64,000 bases of DNA from Thermoanaerobaculia bacterium (lineage in GTDB: Bacteria; Acidobacteriota; Thermoanaerobaculia; UBA5066), in assembly GCA_038245905.1 (NCBI GenBank), contig JBBRRY010000020.1:9006-73005 (forward strand), in the 5' to 3' direction. Below are positions 50,301-58,521 of this stretch, one piece after another; the stretch's first letter is position 1; each line of letters starts with the position of its first letter. A program made the position numbers and the translations under genes. The notes under the pieces were generated by a model. It searched no databases. It had not been told where the DNA came from and was given only the letters and a program-made list of their open reading frames with translations.

Positions 50301-51596
50301 GTGTCCGGGTTGACCGACGCGATGCGGAGCGGGGCGACCGTCATGGTGACGGGCGTCCAGGCCTTCTTCGCGAACACGAAGGTCGGCGCCGACGGGAGCT
50401 TCTCGGTCACGGGCGTGCCGGCGGGCCCGGTGACTCTCCGGGCGCAGGCGGGCGACGGCCTTGGCACGTCCCGGAGCGCGACCAAGCAGGTCACGGCGAG
50501 CGACGACCTGCCCGTTCTCCAGACGGAGATCGTCTTCGACGTCGGCTTCACGCTGAGCGGACACGTCACGCGCGCGAGCCAGCCCGTCTCGAACGCAATG
50601 GTCGTCGCGAACCTGCAGGGCGGCGGCGGCCGGCAGGCGACGACGCGCAGCGACGACGGCGGCAGCTACACGCTCTCCGGCCTGCAGGAAGGCTCGTACA
50701 GCGTCACCGCCATGGGCGATCCGCTCGCCGGCGGAGGGTCGCAGGTGCGGCAGACCGTCTCCCTGACGAGCGATCAGAGCCTCGATCTTACGTTTCCGAC
50801 CGCGAAGGTCGCGGGCGTCGTCACGGACGCCGACACGAAACAGCCGTTGGCCGACGCCACCGTGTCTCTTTCTGCCACGGCTGGCACGGGCACGGTCGCG
50901 CTGCAGCGCATGGCCACCACCGACAGCAACGGTCACTTCCTGTTCACGGACATCGTGCCGCAGGCTTACACGCTCAATTCCCAGAAGACGGACTACCAGT
51001 TCGACAAGCGCAGCCTCACGGCCGCCGAGGACGGCACCAGCGAGAACGTCTCGATCGAGCTCGCGCGTGGACAGGGAATCAGCGTGCTGGTGCGGGACGG
51101 ACTCTATGGCGTGCCGATGCGCAGCGTCATCGCACGCGTCTTCGACGGAAACAAGTCCGCCGTCTTCACGGGCACGATCGCCCTCGACACGAAAGGGGCC
51201 GGCGAGATCCCGTCGCTCAAGCCGGGCAGCTACCAGGTCTTCGTGAACGCGAGCGGCTACGCGACTGTCTATCTCCAGAGCGTTTCGGCGCCCTCGCAGC
51301 AGCCCGTGCCGATCACGCTCACGCCCGGCGGCTCGGCGGACATCGCCGTCGGGCCCAAGTCCTTCGTCAAGGGCATCCTGCGCGGCACGCTGAAGACGGC
51401 GGCGGGCGTTCCCTACCCGTACACGCTCTTCTCGACGGACGGACGCGTTTCGATCACGGCCGACGCGAGCGGGCAGACCGGCTTCAGGAGGCTCACGAAC
51501 CTCGCGCCGGGCAGCTACGTCCTGACCCTCGACAACGGCGGCGGGACGACGTTCAACATCTCCGAGGGGGGCATCACGCCGGTGCCCCTGCCGTAG
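47322..51596 (+). CDS. Large secreted protein of tandem carboxypeptidase-regulatory-like (prealbumin-fold) domains
   Basis: GGAGG RBS before GTG 47322; signal peptide; many G.V.D..G.P...A.V...T..DG.F...G.Y repeats. Confidence 0.85.
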   Translation: MVKSPATFVSRIVPLVAFLVLSAPAGAGEIRGRILVSDRADRPAPGVTISTVPWETPGDEARREMKGGEPPKPVASATSGADGSFVLTIPPAEAGQEKLFRVRAEGAGIVPVLFEGVYDASEIEDLGEHTLPRGERLSGIAVDASGKAIAGAAVSLEPGVAGGDDLAYRVVTRKAVTGEDGKFQFDEASATGNRVTIEKAGLAPARETGLRAGAVPRPITVKAGDPVTGVVLGASRKPAAGALVRLESSRATTRWVETDAEGRFTIPHAPDGRGAIVVDAGEAGWGSQPDVRLPLGEGKSITIALARPAALDGKVVDDKTGRVVPRAKVFVKANGFARLARTGPDGLYHLKGVPPQTYRLSVDEARYVPWVKPDLALAPGETRRLDVAVTLGATMTGKAVDENGAPVGAARGTLTRGGENAIAGIRRMLRVGGETTAFRTRADGTFKATRLAPGDNQRLFVSHADFERATVAGLSLPSGGTKGDVTIVMRRGATISGVVRDASDQPIADVEVQVDPSVNFRGGAGGMVANFARIGGASVRPKTKTAADGTFHVTGMSVGEYALQIRKPGFANERVDPVKVTEKGAEPVVVTLGPEASIAGIVRKKNGEGAEGYIVRVGTGGRGAGGGGSPFAGTGTDLATGPDGLFVIDGLKPGQVYDLSVFGGVGLGPQKRGVVAPAANVDLLVAGTGRITGTALDARSGQPLKSFSVSYEPDRGGGGGIIRMVARGAGVQTGIGQKREFNTEDGSFALEDVPAGTWTVVVEAKGYQQARVANLVVEENGSKDQVEVKATPGVVLKGRVTDARNGRPVANASITHEAAGSGSPGGFGGVGGRGGPLAGLDGSGDLTTDAEGNFEIEGIGVGRLKITAKNPDYTDGSEVADVKETGGTVEIKLASGGSASGVVVAGNQPLPNAEVSISAAGETGFGRILGGGQTTTSDATGRFHFDHLGAGRYSVSAGMNGKSSNLAEFVLQTGDSKSDLVLSLSSGSTIQGTVSGLTDAMRSGATVMVTGVQAFFANTKVGADGSFSVTGVPAGPVTLRAQAGDGLGTSRSATKQVTASDDLPVLQTEIVFDVGFTLSGHVTRASQPVSNAMVVANLQGGGGRQATTRSDDGGSYTLSGLQEGSYSVTAMGDPLAGGGSQVRQTVSLTSDQSLDLTFPTAKVAGVVTDADTKQPLADATVSLSATAGTGTVALQRMATTDSNGHFLFTDIVPQAYTLNSQKTDYQFDKRSLTAAEDGTSENVSIELARGQGISVLVRDGLYGVPMRSVIARVFDGNKSAVFTGTIALDTKGAGEIPSLKPGSYQVFVNASGYATVYLQSVSAPSQQPVPITLTPGGSADIAVGPKSFVKGILRGTLKTAAGVPYPYTLFSTDGRVSITADASGQTGFRRLTNLAPGSYVLTLDNGGGTTFNISEGGITPVPLP

Positions 51597-51643
51597 GAGA
51601 CAGAAAGAGGATTTCTTTAGTGCGAGAAGAGAAGAAATACAGA

Positions 51644-51698
51644 TTTTCTTAGAAAGGCGGAATAGGCGAGGGCCGCGTTTCCTCCCCTTCTAAGAAAA
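51644..51698. repeat. AT-rich inverted repeat / long hairpin
   Basis: TTTTCTTAGAA (51644-51654) and TTCTAAGAAAA (51688-51698) form a perfect 11-bp inverted repeat with further imperfect inner pairing. Confidence 0.6.
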
Positions 51699-51742
51699 GC
51701 GCCATAAACCGCTGCTGGGAGATCAGCCATTAAGATCTCCTC

Positions 51743-53752
51743 ATGGAAAAGCACGGGAGCAAAAAACTTCTCTTTCTCTCTCCTGTCCTCCTCGGGCTCC
51801 TGATGTTCGCCGCCGTGGCCCAGACCACCGACGCCCGGGGGAGAAAGCAGGCCCAGGCCCTCTGGCGGCCGGCCGACGGCGACGCCGCCGCCTTCGAGGC
51901 GTTCGCGCGCGTGAACACGGCGGCCGGTGCCGCGAACCGTGACGCGCTTTTCGCGCGGCTGTCGGGCGCGCTCGTCTCCCTCGACGGGCACATGCGCGAG
52001 GCGGGTCGCGAGCTGCGCATGTACGTGGACCTCGACAGCGGGCCGATTCTCGCGTTCGACGAGGTTCTCGCGGGCTACGAGCCGGGCGCGCACCTCACGG
52101 ACGACCTCTTCGACAACAAGCTCGCATTCACGACGCTTCTGAACTTCCCCGTGTACACGCTCGAGGAGAAGCTGCGCCTCGGTTCGTCCTGGACGCGGCG
52201 TGAGTGGGCCGAGGCGCGCCTCGCCGACCGGTTCGCGACGCGCGTGCCCGCGAACGTGAATCTCGCGATCGCGAAGGCCCAATCGGATGCGGCCCAGTAC
52301 ATCGCCTCGTACAACATCTGGATGCACCACCTCGTGGACGAGAAGGGTGTCCGCCTCTTCCCGGCGAAGATGCGCCTCCTCTCTCACTGGAACCTCCGCG
52401 ACGAGATCAAGTCCGACTACGAAGGCGGCGCGACGGGTGCCGCGAAGCAGCGGGTGATCCGGCGTGTCATGGAGCGCATCGTCGACCAGACGATCCCGCG
52501 CTCCGTCCTCGACAACCCGGGAGTCGACTGGAACCCGTTCACGAACGAGGTCCGTCCGGCGGCGGTCAAGGATGCGGATGTTCCCGCGAAGGAATCGGGC
52601 GCGGCGTCCTCCGGCCCCGAGCCCGACACGCGGTACGCGACGCTTCTCGCGTGCTTCCGCGCGGTCTGCCAGGCGGACGCCTTCTCTCCAACAGCCCCAA
52701 CGTTCATCGCGCGAAAGTTCGAGGAGGACCGGCAGATTCCCGAGCCGCGCGTGAAGAAGATGCTGGAAGACGTCCTCTCGTCGCCGCTCGTCCCGAAGGT
52801 CGCGGCGCTCATCGAAAAGCGTCTGGGACGGAAGCTCGTGCCCATCGACGTCTGGTATCCGGGGTTCCGTCCACAGTCCCCGAGATCCGCTGCCGAGCTC
52901 GACGCCCTCGTTCGCGCGAAGTACCCCACGCCCGAGGCCTACGCGAAGGACATTCCGAACCTCCTCGTGAAACTCGGCTTCCCGAAGGACCGCGCCGACC
53001 TCATTGCCTCGCGCATCGACGTCCATCCCGCGCGCGGCTCCGGTCATGCCGCGGGCGCCGGCCTCAAGGGCTACAAGTCGTACCTGAGGACGCGCGTCGA
53101 GAAGGAAGGCATGAACTACAAGGGCTACAACATCGCCGTCCACGAGATGGGCCACAACGTCGAGCAGACGATTTCGCTCTACGACATCGACGAGCCGCTC
53201 CTTCAGGGCGTGCCGAACACGGCGTTCACGGAAGCCCTCGCGTTCGTATTCCAGGGCCGCGACCTCGAGCTGCTCGGGCTCGCGAAGCCGTCCCCAGAGG
53301 CCCGCGCGCTGGCGGCGCTCGATGCGTTCTGGGGCGCCTACGAGATCGGCGGCGTCGCCCTCGTCGACATGGGCGTCTGGCATTTCATGTACGACCACCC
53401 CGATGCCACGCCCGCGGAGCTAAAGGCCGCGACGATGAAGCTCGCGCGCGACGTTTGGAACCGCTACTACGGACCGGTCCTCGGCGAGAAGGACGTGACA
53501 CTTCTGGCGGTCTACTCGCACATGATCGACGCGTTCCTGTACCTGCCCGACTATCCGATGGGCCACATGATCGCGTTCCAGATCGAGCGCCAGATGGAAA
53601 AGGCGGGAACCGTCGGCCCCGAATTCGAGCGCATGGCAAAGCTCGGCAACATTGCACCGGATCTCTGGATGAAAGCGGCCACGGGCGCGCCGGTGGGGCC
53701 CGAGGCGCTTCTCGCCGAAACGGAGAAGGCGCTTTCGGCCGTTTCCCGCTGA
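51743..53752 (+). CDS. Exported gluzincin-type metallopeptidase-like protein
   Basis: Signal peptide; HEMGH followed by AFTEALA third-ligand Glu; YLPDY. Confidence 0.7.
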   Translation: MEKHGSKKLLFLSPVLLGLLMFAAVAQTTDARGRKQAQALWRPADGDAAAFEAFARVNTAAGAANRDALFARLSGALVSLDGHMREAGRELRMYVDLDSGPILAFDEVLAGYEPGAHLTDDLFDNKLAFTTLLNFPVYTLEEKLRLGSSWTRREWAEARLADRFATRVPANVNLAIAKAQSDAAQYIASYNIWMHHLVDEKGVRLFPAKMRLLSHWNLRDEIKSDYEGGATGAAKQRVIRRVMERIVDQTIPRSVLDNPGVDWNPFTNEVRPAAVKDADVPAKESGAASSGPEPDTRYATLLACFRAVCQADAFSPTAPTFIARKFEEDRQIPEPRVKKMLEDVLSSPLVPKVAALIEKRLGRKLVPIDVWYPGFRPQSPRSAAELDALVRAKYPTPEAYAKDIPNLLVKLGFPKDRADLIASRIDVHPARGSGHAAGAGLKGYKSYLRTRVEKEGMNYKGYNIAVHEMGHNVEQTISLYDIDEPLLQGVPNTAFTEALAFVFQGRDLELLGLAKPSPEARALAALDAFWGAYEIGGVALVDMGVWHFMYDHPDATPAELKAATMKLARDVWNRYYGPVLGEKDVTLLAVYSHMIDAFLYLPDYPMGHMIAFQIERQMEKAGTVGPEFERMAKLGNIAPDLWMKAATGAPVGPEALLAETEKALSAVSR

Positions 53753-53775
53753 GGGAATCCCGGAGGAAACCCGAA

Positions 53776-53801
53776 GGAAACTCGAAGCCCGTGGCGCCGT
53801 A
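53776..53801 (+). promoter_or_regulatory. ECF-type promoter, probably giving a near-leaderless transcript
   Basis: GGAAAC-N16-CGTA ends 10 nt before ATG 53812; no Shine-Dalgarno sequence. Confidence 0.55.
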
Positions 53802-53811
53802 TAGTTCCGGC

Positions 53812-55155
53812 ATGAGAAAGACTTCCTCGGCGGCGATCGTCACGGCGCTTCTCGCGGCTTCTGCGGCCGCTTTTGGCTCATCTCCCGCCTCCACGGCGAA
53901 AGAGGTTCTCCCGTTCATCGCGGACGACTACCCGAAGGCGCTCGCGGCCGCACGCGCCGAGAAGAAGCCGATCTTCCTGGAGACCTGGGCGCCCTGGTGA
54001 CACACGTGCCGCTCCATGAGGGCCTTCGTCTTCACGGACAAGGCGCTCGGGCGGCAGGCCGGACGGTTCGTCTGGCTCTCCATCAACACCGAAAAGCGCG
54101 AGAACGCCGCCGTGCTCGCGAAATACCCGATTCAGGCCTCGCCGACTCTGTTCGTCATCGATCCCGTGGCCGAGAAGGTCGTCCTCAAGTACGTGGGCGG
54201 CGCCACTGTGACGCAGCTCCAGCGAATCCTCGACGACGGCGCGCGCGCCGCGAGCCGCTCCAACCGCGCCATCAAGCCCGACGAGCTCCTCGCGAAAGCC
54301 GACGCGCTCAACTCGGCGGGTAAGGACAAGGAAGCGGCCGAGGCCTACCGCGCCGTGCTCGCGAAAATGTCGGTGACGTCGCCGTCGTACGCGCGCACGG
54401 TCGAGTCGCTCCTCTTCGCCCTCTCGTCGAGCAAGCAGCCCGAAGTCTGCGCGGCCGTCGCCAAGGACGCGTTCCCGCACCTGCGCACCTCGCCCTCCGC
54501 CGCGAATGTCGCGGGCTCGGGCCTCGACTGCGCGCTCGCGATGGAGAAGACCATCCCGTCGAGGGCCGCGCTTGTCTCGGTCCTTGCGGAAGACGCGAGA
54601 GAGGTTCTCCGGGGGCCGCGCACGGGCCTCGCGGTCGACGACGTCTCGGGCCTTTACCTGACGGTCGCGGAAGAGCGGGATTCGGCCAGCGACGCGGCCG
54701 GCAAGAAAAGGGTCCTCGAGGATTTGGCCGCGTATCTCGAGGGTGAAGCTGCGAAGGGCAAGACCCCCGAAGCCCGGGCGGCGTTCGACCCGCACCGCAT
54801 CACGGCGTATCTCGCGCTGGGCCAGCCCGAGCGCGGGATCCCGATGCTCGAGGCCTCCGAGCGGGATTTTCCCGACGACTACAACCCGCCCGCGCGCCTC
54901 GCGCTCGCCTACCGCGGCATGAAGAGATACGACGAGGCCCTCGCCGCCTCCGACCGCGCGCTCCTTCTGGCATACGGTCCCCGGAAGCTCGTGATCCTGA
55001 ATGTGCGCGCCGACATCTACGACAAGAAGGGCGACGCGGCGGGCGCGAAGAAGACGCGTGAGGACGCGCTGGCCTGGGCCGAATCCCTTCCGAAGGAACA
55101 GGTTTCCGAGCGCCAGATCGCGGCCCTCAAGAAGAGGCTCGAAACGCCCAAGTAG
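53812..55155 (+). CDS. Exported thioredoxin-like + TPR protein with in-frame UGA (probable selenoprotein, UxxC)
   Basis: One continuous frame: signal peptide...DYPKALAAARAEKKPIFLETWAPW-TGA(53998-54000)-HTCRSMRAFVF...PTLFVID, then TPR-like helices; 447 aa with readthrough. Confidence 0.82.
54007..54056 (+). promoter_or_regulatory. Candidate SECIS-like hairpin
   Basis: Stems UGCCGCUC/GGGCGGCA, GAG/CUC, GCCUU/AAGGC and GUC/GAC with loop UUCACG, starting at the 7th nt after the UGA. Confidence 0.55.
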
Positions 55156-55181
55156 AATCGTCCTGCCTCGGGAGGACTCTC

Positions 55182-56519
55182 ATGCGGCGCATCTTCATCG
55201 CGATGATCCTCTGTGCGGCGCCGGTGGCGCTAGCGCCCGTCGCCTCCGCCCAGGATTCCCTCCTCGGCGCGGACGCCCTCGCCACGGATGCGGGCCGCTT
55301 CCGGTTGAAGGTGGAGATGAAGGTGAACGCGCGCACCTCGAGCTCGGTCGAGTTTCCCGTTGCGAACACGGGCGCGCCGTTTCCGGTCGTCATGCAGACC
55401 GTTTCGGCGCACACTTCGGCGGAAATCTCGAACATCGCTCTCACCGCCGAGGGCGATCTCACGTCCGACATCCTCGCCCGCGTCGTCGTACACGTCCTCG
55501 ACCTCTACAACCGCAATCCCACGTCGAGCGCGGACCGGGTCTTCGTGCGCGAGGCGTTCGTGCGCTTCGGAAAGAAGTGGGAATCGCTGAAGGAAATGCC
55601 GGGCACGACGGCCTACCTCACGCTCGGCAAGGCCCCGCGCTTCTCGAAGCGGACCGCGCGGAAGCTCGAGAGCTACGGGCTCTGGGGCACGGCCGTCGGC
55701 CGCTTTGAGGAGACGGGGGCGGAGGCGGGCGGCTCGTTCGGGCCTCACGTCTACTGGCGCGCGAGCGCGACGGGAGGAACCCCGCTCTTCTTTCGGGACG
55801 TGAACGCCGTGGCCGGCGACAACGGCACCCCCGAGCGCACGATCGGCTCGACGACGCCCGTCGTCTACGGGTCCGGGTTTCCGATCCTCTACGACACGAT
55901 GGCGACTGACACAGGCCTCTCGGGCCGCTTTCAGCTCGGCGGCGGCATGGGCCTGCGGTTCAACTGGGGCGAGAACCACCGGGATGGCATCGACCTTCTC
56001 GGCTGGTACTTCCGGCGCGACCTGGCCGATCGCGTGTCGCTGAGCGGCACCTTCTATTCCGGGGACATCAGGCTCCTGCGCGGCTTTCTCGTCCCGCTGC
56101 CGGTAAGCGGCACCGAGAAACGCGAATACGGCGTCAACCTCGAGGCGCGCTTCGGGCCCGTGCATCTCTTCGCGCAGGGCGTGAAGCAGTCGATCGCGGG
56201 CCTCGAGCGCGAGGGTTACGAGGCGGAGCTTTCGGCGCGCATCCCGCTCCCGGGCCTCTTCGCTTCGGGGGATCAGTCCATCCTCAACTGGATCGAGCCC
56301 GCCGTCCGCGTTTCGTACATCGACAACCTGTTCGACGCGCCGCCCGGATTCGTCGCGCCGTCCGTCGGATGGGACTGGCGCAAGTTCGACCTCGGGTTTC
56401 GCCTCGGCATCGTGCGCGGTCTCGACCTCACGGTCGAGTACTCGCGCAACGAGGCCGCGTCGAAGAAGGGCGTGATCAGCCCGGACGAAGGCCTTCTCAC
56501 GCTCCGCGCGGCGTTCTAG
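55182..56519 (+). CDS. Putative outer-membrane beta-barrel protein
   Basis: GGAGG RBS; signal peptide; amphipathic strands (VREAFVRFG, LDLTVEY); C-terminal Phe. Confidence 0.65.
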   Translation: MRRIFIAMILCAAPVALAPVASAQDSLLGADALATDAGRFRLKVEMKVNARTSSSVEFPVANTGAPFPVVMQTVSAHTSAEISNIALTAEGDLTSDILARVVVHVLDLYNRNPTSSADRVFVREAFVRFGKKWESLKEMPGTTAYLTLGKAPRFSKRTARKLESYGLWGTAVGRFEETGAEAGGSFGPHVYWRASATGGTPLFFRDVNAVAGDNGTPERTIGSTTPVVYGSGFPILYDTMATDTGLSGRFQLGGGMGLRFNWGENHRDGIDLLGWYFRRDLADRVSLSGTFYSGDIRLLRGFLVPLPVSGTEKREYGVNLEARFGPVHLFAQGVKQSIAGLEREGYEAELSARIPLPGLFASGDQSILNWIEPAVRVSYIDNLFDAPPGFVAPSVGWDWRKFDLGFRLGIVRGLDLTVEYSRNEAASKKGVISPDEGLLTLRAAF

Positions 56520-56552
56520 GGCGCCGCGCGGAGCGGAAGAGCGGCTTTCCGG

Positions 56553-57518
56553 TTACTTGCGTGCGGGGGCGGTTGTGGCCGACGGCAGGCACCGGCCTTC
56601 GAGGAAGTAGCGGACCTGGAACGCGTTATCCCCCTCGTTCGTCTCCGCGACGCTTCCGTCCGCGTCGAGGACGAGCTTCAGGCCGTGGCCGCCGTTGTCG
56701 AGGTACGGCTGCGTCGTGACGGACTTCGTCTCGGAGGCCGCAAGCGAATCGGGGCCGTTGATGGCGCGCTCGGCGCCGTCCGAATAGATCTTGTTCTTGA
56801 AGGGACCCGTCGCGACGCCGTTCGTCTCCTTCATGTAGTACTCGACGTTGAACGCACACGCACCGCTGCCGAGCTTCGGGTTGATCGACTCGGCGGCCGT
56901 GAGCTTCGCGGTGCCGTTCCAGTTGATCCAATGCTTCTTCGCCGGATCGCTGCCCCAGATGTACAGGCCCGGCCGCACCGAGGTGATGTTGGGTTTCTTG
57001 TCGCCATTCGGCGGATGCGTCGGCTGCGTTCCGGGGTTGCCTCCGGGGACGAGGGGGTTCGCCGGGCACTTGAAGGTGTACTTCACGGGCACGATCTGGG
57101 AGGCCAGCGTCGAGGCTCCTCCTGGGCCGGAGGTCATGAGCGCGACCTTGACGTTCGAGATGTCGCAGCCCGGCGTCGTGCCGTCACACGCGATCGAAAA
57201 GCGCTTCGTGCCTTTCCCCTGGCCCTTGTGGGCGATCATGAGGATGGTTTCGAGGCCGGTGTGCGAGGGATTCGGGGGAACGCCGAGCGTGTACACGCCG
57301 ACGTATCCCGTGGCCGCGGACACGAGATCCCAGTGGACGGCGACTTCCACCGAGTGCGCCGCGTCCCATGGAGCCGCGGCCGTCTTGCCGAGCAGCGTGG
57401 CGGGGGAGGCCGGGCTCATCACGTCCACGGTGATCGAGTCGACCGCGGCCCAGGCCGAACCGGCCCCGAGGGCCAGGCCGAGGACGGCCGAGAAGAGGAA
57501 TCGCTTGGATCGGTTCAT
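56553..57518 (-). CDS. Secreted protein with C-terminal CARDB-like Ig domain
   Basis: AAGGAG RBS, ATG 57518; signal peptide (SAWA); LDADGSVAETNEGDN motif. Confidence 0.75.
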   Translation of the reverse strand: MNRSKRFLFSAVLGLALGAGSAWAAVDSITVDVMSPASPATLLGKTAAAPWDAAHSVEVAVHWDLVSAATGYVGVYTLGVPPNPSHTGLETILMIAHKGQGKGTKRFSIACDGTTPGCDISNVKVALMTSGPGGASTLASQIVPVKYTFKCPANPLVPGGNPGTQPTHPPNGDKKPNITSVRPGLYIWGSDPAKKHWINWNGTAKLTAAESINPKLGSGACAFNVEYYMKETNGVATGPFKNKIYSDGAERAINGPDSLAASETKSVTTQPYLDNGGHGLKLVLDADGSVAETNEGDNAFQVRYFLEGRCLPSATTAPARK

Positions 57519-57683
57519 GTTTCGTTCTCCTTGTGCCTGACAAGTTGCGTCCGGGAGTCTTCGGGCGCAAGGCTGCCGCGTGGTCTGTCCGCGCAGAAAG
57601 GTCGTCTCGCGGCGCCAAACGGCTCGATTGGCCTCAGGTCGCCAGGGCGGGCGCGCGCAGCCGCTCGCCACCTGTGCGCGGCG

Positions 57684-57977
57684 TCACTCCTCAATCCGCG
57701 CGGGGGCGGGCTTCGCGGACGCCGTGGGCGTGGGCACGACTTTCCGATACCCTGCGTGAAGGAACAGCGCGATGCCGGCGAAGGGGAGGAACATCACGAG
57801 GGTCGCGCCGATGACGGGAGCCCCGAGCAGCATCAGGAGCACCGGGATCTTCAGATGGAGGTCCCGTGCCGTGCCGGGCAGGACTCCGTGCTTCCCGCTC
57901 ACCGTCACGAGATCCCAGCTCTGTTGGTTGAAGTAGAACCCGCCCTTGACTTTGCTGCCGCCTTCGAACCGTTTCAT
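57684..57977 (-). CDS. Small membrane protein, tandem paralog 2
   Basis: GCAAGGAG RBS; GGFYFNQQSWDLVTVSGKHGVLP...KIP...GATLVMFLPF. Confidence 0.78.
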   Translation of the reverse strand: MKRFEGGSKVKGGFYFNQQSWDLVTVSGKHGVLPGTARDLHLKIPVLLMLLGAPVIGATLVMFLPFAGIALFLHAGYRKVVPTPTASAKPAPARIEE

Positions 57978-58027
57978 GATGTGCTCCTTGCTCTTTCTTT
58001 CTTTTCGTTCCAACGACTCGGGGATGC

Positions 58028-58333
58028 TCAGCGCGTTTCGTGGGCTTCGGCGGCCTTGGCGGCCTTCTCGAGCCCCATCACCTTCCGGAGGCCGGCCGCC
58101 GCGAAGAGAGCGATGCCGACGAACGGAAGGAAGACGACCAGGGTCGCGCCGAGCACCGGGCCGGCCGCCAGCATCGCCAGCGCCGGGATCTTCACGTAGA
58201 CGTCGTTCGTGGGAAGGACGCCCTTCTTGCCGTTCACGGTCACGAGGTCCCAGGTCTTCCGGTTCAGGTAGAAGCCGCCGATGACCATCTTTCCGTTCCG
58301 AGCTTCGTTGGTTTCGTTCGTGTGTTTTCTCAT
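58028..58333 (-). CDS. Small membrane protein, tandem paralog 1
   Basis: GCAAGGAG RBS; GGFYLNRKTWDLVTVNGKKGVLP...KIP...GATLVVFLPF. Confidence 0.78.
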   Translation of the reverse strand: MRKHTNETNEARNGKMVIGGFYLNRKTWDLVTVNGKKGVLPTNDVYVKIPALAMLAAGPVLGATLVVFLPFVGIALFAAAGLRKVMGLEKAAKAAEAHETR

Positions 58334-58521
58334 GGCGTTCTCCTTGCTGCTCACGGTGACAATGTGGGCCCTCCGCAAGGGTTCGCCAATCGGGACGATC
58401 CCGGTCATTCGAGGGAAAAACGCCTGAGATCTCTCGGGTGTTTTCCTGAGATGGGACAGGAACGCCCCGGAAACCCGGCTCCTGGCGAAACGAGGCAAAA
58501 TGGGCGGCTTCCGGAGGTTCC

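Noticed and set aside
58375-58388. TGGCGAACCCTTGC on the minus strand upstream of the tandem paralogs, resembling a sigma-54 promoter
   Set aside because: GG-to-GC spacing is 9 nt, not the strictly required 10; it would be valid only if a base is missing from the assembly.
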